Positions 8,785-16,410 of a stretch of 64,000 bases of DNA are shown piece after piece. Position 1 is the first letter of the stretch. Every line of letters begins with the position of its first letter. This DNA comes from Syntrophales bacterium. GTDB taxonomy: Bacteria; Desulfobacterota; Syntrophia; Syntrophales; UBA2210. Location of the stretch: the NCBI GenBank assembly GCA_963666365.2, contig CAXXNF010000002.1, positions 608,001 to 672,000 on the forward strand, in the 5' to 3' direction. Both the position numbers and the translations under genes were made by a program. The notes under the pieces are model-generated. The model did not search any database. It was not told the DNA's origin and saw nothing but the letters and a program-made list of their open reading frames with translations.

Positions 8785-8853
8785 GACTTAAAATCCCTCG
8801 GTCCTTGCGACTGTGAGGGTTCGATTCCCTCCCCACCATAAAATCAAGGGGTT
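8785..8853 (+). repeat. attR: displaced tRNA-Leu 3' fragment with a 4-bp deletion
   Basis: CCCCA-CCATAAAATC here versus CCCCAGGTACCATAAAATC at attL. Confidence 0.93.
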
Positions 8854-8884
8854 CAGCCACGGTAGGCATAACCCCTTCTTTTTA
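8846..8884 (+). terminator. Intrinsic terminator after attR
   Basis: AAGGGGTT(8846-8853)...AACCCCTT(8870-8877) followed by a T run. Confidence 0.55.
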
Positions 8885-9214
8885 ATCTCATTGAAACAGC
8901 CGAATTTGTCCCGCTGTTGTCTTGCTTTTTGATTTTCTTAGCATCATGATAGCAGTGATTAAAATTGATGTCCTGCAGTATTGATTGCTTAAAGTAAGCC
9001 TTGTATGTTCCTTTCCATTCTGTTTTACTGCTCTTAGGAAGAAACCGGTATCTACGCAAATAGAATATAAGGTTTATACTTCACAATCCGTTAGAAAGGA
9101 GGTGGTTAATATAATAATATTTTGATGGCACGCAGAGGAATGAATGGGGGGGGGTATTTATCAATCAGAAAAGCTATTGGATCTAGTACATGCTATTTCA
9201 AAAAGGAGGAACAG

Positions 9215-10570
9215 ATGAAAAAATCGATTCTGCAGAGTTTCACAAAATGGTCACTCATATTATTGTGCGGCTTTTTTCTTTTCCTGGGAGGATTATCTGC
9301 TTCGATTGCAGCAATGCCCGGATTTGACGCATCCAAAATATCTGACATGTCCGACTTTGATCCCAACCATGCAGTGATTCCTACTGGTGATACCATTAAG
9401 ATTGGCCTTCTGGAACCATTTTCTGGGCCCAGCGCTGTAGTCGGAGATATCTATTGGTGCACTGTGGGGTGGGTTACTCACGATATCAATAAACGGGGCG
9501 GTATTCTGGTCGATGGAAAAAAGAAATTGGTAGAACTTATTAAGGGCGATAGCCAGGCAAAACCGGCTGCGACAAAAAAGGTAGCGGAACGACTCTGCCT
9601 CGAGGATAAAGTTGATGTCATATGGGGGGTCTCGGGCAGTCATCTTACCTTGATTGCTCAAAATGTTGTAAAAAAATATCAAGTTATCATGATGAACTGC
9701 GAATCTTTGTCAGACGGACTCATGGCTGGAGAAAACTTTAATCGCTATGTCTTTCGAACCTGTCTCAATACAACAATGTTTGGGGATTCGATTGCCTATT
9801 TTTATGCAAAGCGACCCGAAACAAAATTTTACATTTTATGTCAGGATTATTTGTTTGGTCATGCAATTGCCGACGCATTTAAAAATGGCTTGAAAAAATA
9901 TAAACCCGATGCCCAAATCGTCGGTGAGGCATACCATCCACTCTTTCTGAAAGACTTTGCTCCCTATATAACTAAAATACAGGGATCTGGCGCCGAGGTG
10001 ATCTATACCGGTGATTGGGACCCCGATGCATCCAATCTTATAAAACAAACACGGGAACTTGGCGCTAACCTTCCCATCGCTAATGTGTATGCGGACAACG
10101 CAAATACCATGCAGTCCATCGGTGGACCTGCCGGTGTTGGAATGGTAAACGGGGATGACTACTTAATTTCAGTTGATACGCCACAGAACAGAGCGTTTGT
10201 GGATATCTGGCATAAACAGGCCGTAAAATGGGAAAAACCCTATGATACCATCATGTGGCAATACCCTATGGGCGTCGGAGGCAGAACGGTGTCAATGACC
10301 TATTGGCTCTTGGACGTTATTGAAAGGGCTGGTACTACCGACCCCGAAAAGATTATCGAAACTTGGGAAGATGATGAATACAATTCGATAACCGGTGTTG
10401 TCAAGATGAGGGCTTGTGATCATCAGGCAATCAAGGAGATGTTTGTTTCCGAGTTTGTGTATCCCAACAAATGGATTCCCAATGCTGCTCATTGTGGTGA
10501 AGCATTTGTCATACCACCGGAATTCTGCATGCCCCCCATTCCTGAGAATCTTGAAAGATGTAAAAAGTGA
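9215..10570 (+). CDS. LivK-like ABC substrate-binding protein
   Basis: Signal peptide, IKIGLLEPFSGP, QDYLFGH, KDFAPYITKI, MRACDHQ; AAGGAGG RBS before ATG 9215. Confidence 0.9.
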   Translation: MKKSILQSFTKWSLILLCGFFLFLGGLSASIAAMPGFDASKISDMSDFDPNHAVIPTGDTIKIGLLEPFSGPSAVVGDIYWCTVGWVTHDINKRGGILVDGKKKLVELIKGDSQAKPAATKKVAERLCLEDKVDVIWGVSGSHLTLIAQNVVKKYQVIMMNCESLSDGLMAGENFNRYVFRTCLNTTMFGDSIAYFYAKRPETKFYILCQDYLFGHAIADAFKNGLKKYKPDAQIVGEAYHPLFLKDFAPYITKIQGSGAEVIYTGDWDPDASNLIKQTRELGANLPIANVYADNANTMQSIGGPAGVGMVNGDDYLISVDTPQNRAFVDIWHKQAVKWEKPYDTIMWQYPMGVGGRTVSMTYWLLDVIERAGTTDPEKIIETWEDDEYNSITGVVKMRACDHQAIKEMFVSEFVYPNKWIPNAAHCGEAFVIPPEFCMPPIPENLERCKK

Positions 10571-10594
10571 AGTAGTTCAATTGATTCACCAATG

Positions 10595-10642
10595 AAAAGC
10601 CATGCTCTAATGTTAAATTAAAACATTTAGGCGTGGCTTTTT
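10595..10642 (+). terminator. Intrinsic terminator
   Basis: AAAAGCCATGC...GCGTGGCTTTTT hairpin after the stop codon. Confidence 0.55.
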
Positions 10643-11244
10643 ATTAATGCAGTATGGGGGACGCAGGTAAAATTATAAATTCTATCGGTCTGTTTTTGAA
10701 AAGCGGATATCAATATGATTCTCACTGGAAATTTCTCTGTCATTGAAAAGAGAGAAGGCCCGTTCAACAAATGAGACCCAAAATTGAAGTCAACACACGG
10801 GAGCATTTCAGTATATTAGGAATTCAGCAGCGCCCTTTCGTTGTCGACAATCCATGGTTTTAGGGCAGACCAGCTCGGCCGTTTGCGGTATCTCCTCGCC
10901 GGAACAGGAATTCCCTTCGATATGTGCGTGGGAAAGACGCCCGAGCGGGAAGCGGACGTTGCAGGTAACCGCATGCCGGTTGGTGCATCATTGCTGATTT
11001 TGAGAAAACTCTTGCCGATGTGCGCCGGGAAAAACGGGGCGAGACCGTATATCCCCCCTTAAAATCTGTCGGATCCAGATCTTAAAGGAAGTGACGCTTT
11101 CCTCACGGAAATCGATCGGCCTCGAACCGTGGGTGAGAATGAAGGTGGATTATAAAGACCTTAAACCCGAATTAATAACACAATGGTTCCGGCGATGCAG
11201 CGAGTGCGCTTCGGAAGAGACTGGTTCGTTCTTGCCAGTTTTCA

Positions 11245-11273
11245 TTGACATAAAATCATGGTACGCCTATAGT
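11245..11273 (+). promoter_or_regulatory. Near-consensus sigma70 promoter
   Basis: TTGACA-17 nt-TATAGT, about 80 nt upstream of the CDS at 11354. Confidence 0.65.
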
Positions 11274-11353
11274 CCTAAGATATATACGGTGCTTTCCACA
11301 CACTGGACAAGGCACTGCGTCACAATAAATCTTTGGAGAAAGGAAGAGGAATC

Positions 11354-11731
11354 ATGTCTCAAATGAAATGCATGAAGCAGTCGACAGTAATTTATTCCAT
11401 CGTAGGCATCGTTTCAGTCTTCTTGATGATGTGGGTTATTATCGCTGAAGTCGGCGCCCACGCTCCTAAAACAGTCTCGCTATCCTACGATCTGGAAGCC
11501 AAGGTTCTCACCGTTTCTGTAACACACACCCGGTTCTCCGCCGGCCATTACATAGACAAGATCGAAATCAAGAAAAACGGTACACTGGTTGCCTCCCATA
11601 GCTATAAAGAACAGGTTTCCGAAACCTTCACTCATACGTACGCACTTGATGCCGTCCGGGGTGATGTCATAGAAGTAAAAGCAACATGCAATAAATTCGG
11701 AGCCGTTTCAGAAACGATACGTGTTGATTAA
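11354..11731 (+). CDS. Exported beta-rich metal-binding protein, superoxide reductase/desulfoferrodoxin Fe-domain-like
   Basis: Signal peptide ending AEVGA, then HAP...VTH...HYIDKI...ATCNKFG; spacing resembles SOR ligands. Confidence 0.55.
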   Translation: MSQMKCMKQSTVIYSIVGIVSVFLMMWVIIAEVGAHAPKTVSLSYDLEAKVLTVSVTHTRFSAGHYIDKIEIKKNGTLVASHSYKEQVSETFTHTYALDAVRGDVIEVKATCNKFGAVSETIRVD

Positions 11732-11785
11732 AACCGGCCTGATCCTTTTATTTAACGATACGAGGCTCACGCGAGAGAAGGGTGA

Positions 11786-12178
11786 ATGTATCCTTTTTAC
11801 ATTCATGTAGCAGCGATGGGCACCGGCGTGATCCTGCTGGCCGCAGGGATCTTCGCAGCCAGGTTTTTTCGAAAAACGCGCTGGTGGCTGAAATTTCATC
11901 GTCCCGCAGGAATAACGGGTGTGGTGTGTCTTACTGTCGGCGGGGTAGCGGCAGTTGTCATGGTTTCACTGGGAGGCGACGGTCACCTCCAGGTTCTTCA
12001 TGCGTGGTTGGGACTGGCCGCGATTCTGTTCGCCATCAGTGCCCCCGTGCTGGGCACACTGCAGTTCAGACTCCGCTCACACGCAGGGCAAATCAGGCGC
12101 TGGCACCGAATGATAGGCTATGTAGCCATTATTCTTTGCATTATTGCAGTCTTTGCCGGGGTGAAGGCAGTAGGATAG
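11786..12178 (+). CDS. Small four-TM cytochrome b561-like protein
   Basis: Four hydrophobic helices with His at HVAAM, WWLKFHR, VLHAWLG, RRWHRMIG. Confidence 0.75.
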   Translation: MYPFYIHVAAMGTGVILLAAGIFAARFFRKTRWWLKFHRPAGITGVVCLTVGGVAAVVMVSLGGDGHLQVLHAWLGLAAILFAISAPVLGTLQFRLRSHAGQIRRWHRMIGYVAIILCIIAVFAGVKAVG

Positions 12179-12225
12179 AGTGCCTCCGGCAAATTGTAAT
12201 CTCATTGTTAAGGCGAAAGGATGCA

Positions 12226-12783
12226 ATGCAATCTTTTTGGAAAGATAAGGGAGAAAAACTTCAAACAAGGAATATAACGGTCACCTCATACGAATATGAT
12301 GATCAAAGAATCATCGTGGAAGGGTTTCTCAAGGATGATCGTTTTCAGGAATCGGGCGTGATTACCGGAGAAACGTTCCCCCGTGGTGTTATTCATCACA
12401 TGGCAGTTCGGCTGCTCATTAACTGCTCCGGTCTGGTGATTGAAGATGTAGCGTGTGAGTTTTTTTCTGTGCCGCGGGAGTTCTGCAGAGAGACGATAGA
12501 GTGCCTTGCACCCATTAAGGGAATGACCATCACAAAGGGTTTTACGGCGAGGGTAAAAAATCTTGTCGGAGGGAACAAAGGCTGTGCCCATTTGGTGGAG
12601 CTTTTATTGGCCATGGCGCCGGCCGCCATTCAGGGATACGCTTCATATCAGTCAAAACGACCGGTAACGCATAGTCCCGAGCATTCAAAAATGATTTTGC
12701 ATTTTCTTGTCGATACCTGTCATGCGTGGCGCGAGAATGGTCCGTTGGTGGAACTTTTAAGAAAGAAGTTAAACGTTACATAG
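12226..12783 (+). CDS. DUF2889-like protein
   Basis: G.L.DDR, IHHMAVRL, FCRE, GGNKGCAHL.ELL, DTCHAW motifs; start reassigned to MQSFWK. Confidence 0.75.
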   Translation: MQSFWKDKGEKLQTRNITVTSYEYDDQRIIVEGFLKDDRFQESGVITGETFPRGVIHHMAVRLLINCSGLVIEDVACEFFSVPREFCRETIECLAPIKGMTITKGFTARVKNLVGGNKGCAHLVELLLAMAPAAIQGYASYQSKRPVTHSPEHSKMILHFLVDTCHAWRENGPLVELLRKKLNVT

Positions 12784-12833
12784 ATCTGTGTCGATACGTA
12801 TCCGTGGCGGGCAAAAAGAAATTAGAAGGATGC

Positions 12834-13193
12834 ATGAAGTCACATCAAAATAAGGGCATAGTATATTCCACAGAGTTTGGGAAGGTCTGTCCCGAATGCG
12901 GAAATCCCATCAAGAAATGTAGTTGCGGCAAAGATGGAGTGGGGGCATCCAATGAAGGTGTTGTGCGAATAGGTCGAGAAACCAAAGGTCGTAAAGGCTC
13001 AGGTGTATCCGTTATTACCGGTGTCCCTCTTGATAATAAAGATTTAAAAATACTAGCTACGCAACTCAAACAAAAATGTGGAACAGGCGGTACCGTAAAA
13101 TCAGGGACTATTGAGATACAGGGTGATCATCGGGATTTACTGAAACAAGAGTTATTGAACCGTGGATATACAGTTACACTATCGGGCGGTTAG
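12834..13193 (+). CDS. yciH: SUI1 family translation initiation factor
   Basis: VYSTE.G, RETKGRKG.GV, LKQKCGTGGTVK.G.IEIQGDHR. Confidence 0.93.
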   Translation: MKSHQNKGIVYSTEFGKVCPECGNPIKKCSCGKDGVGASNEGVVRIGRETKGRKGSGVSVITGVPLDNKDLKILATQLKQKCGTGGTVKSGTIEIQGDHRDLLKQELLNRGYTVTLSGG

Positions 13194-13196
13194 AAA

Positions 13197-13640
13197 ATGA
13201 ATATTGCCAGAACGCCGGAAGCAGTTATGCGACTTTATCTGGAAGAGGTCGCATACAAGGGAAGGCTGGAACTCATCGATGAGATAACGAAACCTGACAT
13301 GGTAGATGAGGCCAATCAGATCTTTGGAGGGCCGGCAGGTCGCGCCGGTCTCGTGGCTCATATCGCGGGTTTCAGAAAGAACATCTCGGACTACAGCCTG
13401 AGTATTCATCATATTGTCGGCAATAACTCACAGGCGATGGCCTGGTGGTCATTTACCGGTCGGCACGTCGGACCCTGGCTTGGCGTCCCGGCGACAGGTG
13501 CTCGGGTGGAAAGTACGGTATTCAGCTTCTTCGTCTTTGAAGAAGGTCTGATCAGCCGCTACCGGCTATACCTCAGTGCGATTATTGGAGACAAAACGGT
13601 TCTTTTTGATACCTCCAAGCCCGGCGGTGGCCTGCGTTGA
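13197..13640 (+). CDS. SnoaL-like ester cyclase family protein
   Basis: WSFTGRH.GPWLGVPATG.RV motif. Confidence 0.8.
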   Translation: MNIARTPEAVMRLYLEEVAYKGRLELIDEITKPDMVDEANQIFGGPAGRAGLVAHIAGFRKNISDYSLSIHHIVGNNSQAMAWWSFTGRHVGPWLGVPATGARVESTVFSFFVFEEGLISRYRLYLSAIIGDKTVLFDTSKPGGGLR

Positions 13641-13674
13641 CAGGACGGAAGGACTGCTTCCTTTATTGTCTACA

Positions 13675-14487
13675 TCAGGTTTTTCTTATTATCGATACCT
13701 TTTGCATTATCGATGCGGCAATCTCTTCGATGGACATGTTGGTGATGTTCAGGTAGGGGATTCCAGCGTGTCGAAATATGTTTTCTGCGGTTCTCAGCTC
13801 TTTTCGGACCCGTTCCATGGCGGCATAGGCACTGTTGGGACGGCGTTCCTGCCGTATTTGGTAGAGCCGTTCCGGTGAGATGGTGAGGCCGAACAGTTTT
13901 GAGTGTTCCCTTTTAAGTGAATCGGGCAGCATAGCTGTGCCGAAATTTTCTTCGGTAAGGGGATAATTGGCTGCCTTGATTCCGAAGTGGAGCGCCAGAT
14001 AAAGGCAGGTTGGCGTTTTTCCTGTACGTGATATGCCGGTGAGAATAAGGTCGGCTTGAGAATAATCCCGTGGGGCCGAACCGTCATCATGCTGGAGTGT
14101 ATACTGTACGGCGTCGATTCTGTCTGAATATGTGCTCGGATTTCCTATACCGTGAGATTGTCCCGTCACAGGTACGGATTTCACGCCCAGAATATGCTCG
14201 ATAGGTGCCATGAAGGTGGCAAAAAAATCTATAACTTCACCCTGACACGCGGAGAGACGTTCCCGAAGTGTTGGATTTGTAAGTGTTGAAAATATAAGAG
14301 GCAACGGGCCTTCGCTGCGAGCGATTCTATTAATCCTTTCGATTGCCTGGCCGACTTTTTCCTCTGTATTGACGAATGGAAATCTGATGGCCTTAAATGA
14401 AACATTGGGAAACTGAGTAAGTAATGTGTTGCCCAGTGCTTCAGCGGTTATTCCTGTACCATCCGATATAAAAAAAATCGTTCGCAT
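13675..14487 (-). CDS. ppsR: PEP synthase / pyruvate,water dikinase regulatory kinase-pyrophosphorylase
   Basis: FFISDGTGITAE, HDDG, GISRTGKTPTCLYLA, KAANYPL. Confidence 0.92.
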   Translation of the reverse strand: MRTIFFISDGTGITAEALGNTLLTQFPNVSFKAIRFPFVNTEEKVGQAIERINRIARSEGPLPLIFSTLTNPTLRERLSACQGEVIDFFATFMAPIEHILGVKSVPVTGQSHGIGNPSTYSDRIDAVQYTLQHDDGSAPRDYSQADLILTGISRTGKTPTCLYLALHFGIKAANYPLTEENFGTAMLPDSLKREHSKLFGLTISPERLYQIRQERRPNSAYAAMERVRKELRTAENIFRHAGIPYLNITNMSIEEIAASIMQKVSIIRKT

Positions 14488-14742
14488 CGTATCGCACTCC
14501 TTTTTCAGGCACTCTGATTCATTCTTTCGTATCCGGGCAGAAAAAGCTCTCCTATATGGGAGAGGGTAGTGCCTTTTGTAATTCAAGTCAACAGGGAGCT
14601 TTTAAATTTGCCGGTTACATGTTGTCTGTTGTATAAAGCGGTTGACGTCGGTATTCCAATTTCCATCGATTGGACCACTGCGAGGCGGTGTAACTCTGGC
14701 TATGCTTCAGCTGCGGTATGACATCAAGGGGGAAACATATGT

Positions 14743-14780
14743 TTATATACTGTATAATTAATATATTATACAGTATATAA
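14743..14780. promoter_or_regulatory. 16-bp perfect inverted repeat in the divergent ppsR/nitroreductase intergenic region
   Basis: TTATATACTGTATAAT-N6-ATTATACAGTATATAA. Confidence 0.6.
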
Positions 14781-14883
14781 TAAAATGGTTACCTCATGTA
14801 ATGTAATAGTTAATACTGTATATAGTAACATAATACATTAGGTTTGGAGCCTCAGCGCGACTCACAGAAAGGACGCACAAGAA

Positions 14884-15549
14884 ATGAATGCAATCGAAGC
14901 AATAAAAGGGAGAAGAAGTATCCGGGCATTTTTATCAAAGACGGTGGAAAAAGAAATTTTGGAAGAAGTGCTTTCCCATGCCCGGTGGACTCCTTCCTGG
15001 GGAAATACGCAGCCTTGGGAAATAATTGTGATCACAGGCACACGACTTACAGAATTCAAAGAAAAGAACAAGGAAGCCACATTAAAAGGGATGCCGCCGA
15101 ATCCGGACATTGCCATGCCCCAGGACTGGCCGGAGATCAACAAATCGAGATATCGTGAAATCGGGAAGAGAACGCTCGAATCACTCTCCATTGCACGAAA
15201 TGATGCGGAAGGGCGGTTAAATTTTTACGGCGATATGATGGAACTTTTCAAAGCGCCGGTATTGTTGCTGATCACAACCGACAGGGGTGTTGCACTGGAA
15301 TATTCCATGCTGGATGTAGGCCTTTTTGTCCAAACATTGTGTCTATTGGCCCACGAGAGGGGCTTGGGAACATGTATTATGGCCGCATCCGTTCAATATC
15401 CTAATATTATAAGAGAAATAGTTTCAATACCTGAAACGAAGCGTATTGTGGTCGGTGTGGCGCTGGGCTGGCCCGATTGGAATAATCCAGTAAATGCATT
15501 CGAAAGGTCACGGAGCGAGCTGAACGAGTGCGTGCAGTGGGTTGAGTAA
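14884..15549 (+). CDS. Nitroreductase family flavoprotein
   Basis: AIKGRRSIRAF, PSWGNTQPW, GLGTC. Confidence 0.92.
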   Translation: MNAIEAIKGRRSIRAFLSKTVEKEILEEVLSHARWTPSWGNTQPWEIIVITGTRLTEFKEKNKEATLKGMPPNPDIAMPQDWPEINKSRYREIGKRTLESLSIARNDAEGRLNFYGDMMELFKAPVLLLITTDRGVALEYSMLDVGLFVQTLCLLAHERGLGTCIMAASVQYPNIIREIVSIPETKRIVVGVALGWPDWNNPVNAFERSRSELNECVQWVE

Positions 15550-15675
15550 GGAGTCGAGTCGCCTGTGCCGCGGCACGGGCAGTAAATGCTTTCCTGGCGG
15601 CAGGAATTCAAGAACCAGGCATATCCATTAACGTCTGATAAGATATGTTATGTTAACTAATGCCATGGTTAACGT

Positions 15676-16404
15676 TTATTCCAATTCTACATTGCCCCAG
15701 AGTCCCATTTGGTCCTTGACGATAATCACGATTCCCTCTACCCCGTTAATTATTTTTCCCACATCGAGGGCGTTTTGTATGTCAGACGGGTGTTGAATTA
15801 AATTGCCCAGTGCCGTTGCTGCAGCGTCGGCAAGCGTTGCTGATTTTGATATCACTGAAACTGCATCGGCTTTACCAAAGCTCAGTGACCCGCCAACGGT
15901 TCCGGAGGACGTGCATATACCCAAAGGTGTGTCGGTACCTCGAATCTTGAGTGAAATTTTGTTGCTAAGCCGAGACTCTCCTGCAAAAACAGCAACGTGT
16001 ATAAGCGTTCCTTCCTCTGCACGGATAAAAATATCCCCGCCATTTTCAATGATAATGTTTTTGCTTTTCTCACGCAGATCATTTCCGACCCACTGGGCAA
16101 TTGCACCTGCAACAGACGCCATTGGACCTACCCCGGTTGCGCGTGAAGCGAAAAGCATATCGCGTACTATGGAGGGAGCAAAGCGATCATCGGGCAGCGG
16201 GACAAGTGACGAACGAAAATGTGAATTTTGAGAAAGGTACGCTTCTATATAGCCTCGATATTTAAAAACGCATTCAGTAACGGTGTGCTTAAGATCTCCG
16301 TCCGCTCTTATAAAAAGATCGGTTTCTTTAATCTTCACATTAAATGAAATAAGACGCTTCGACGCAACAAGGCGGCGATATCTTCTTTCGTGATACAGGA
16401 CCAT
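15676..16404 (-). CDS. UPF0280 / ApbE-like protein
   Basis: VGPMASVAGAIA, ENGGDI, CTSSGTVG.SLSFG.ADA, ADAAATA. Confidence 0.9.
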   Translation of the reverse strand: MVLYHERRYRRLVASKRLISFNVKIKETDLFIRADGDLKHTVTECVFKYRGYIEAYLSQNSHFRSSLVPLPDDRFAPSIVRDMLFASRATGVGPMASVAGAIAQWVGNDLREKSKNIIIENGGDIFIRAEEGTLIHVAVFAGESRLSNKISLKIRGTDTPLGICTSSGTVGGSLSFGKADAVSVISKSATLADAAATALGNLIQHPSDIQNALDVGKIINGVEGIVIIVKDQMGLWGNVELE

Positions 16405-16410
16405 GATATA

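Larger units (their letters stand above)
5..8853. mobile_element. Integrative island in tRNA-Leu(TAA), phage-satellite-like
   Basis: Flanking direct repeat of the tRNA 3' half; adjacent tyrosine integrase, XRE and Xis-like genes; all native genes on the minus strand; visibly AT-richer cargo. Confidence 0.9.

Noticed and set aside
10771..11240. GC-richer stretch with short coding-like segments in several frames
   Set aside because: May be a decayed gene, but I cannot identify a family or rebuild one frame; needs BLASTx.
11782..12225. N-terminal extension of the 333-aa ORF
   Set aside because: Overlaps the b561 gene in another frame and has non-protein-like composition; the likely start is 12226.
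14750..14773. CTGT...ACAG resembling a LexA box
   Set aside because: Spacer is 16 nt, not the 8 nt of the E. coli-type SOS box.
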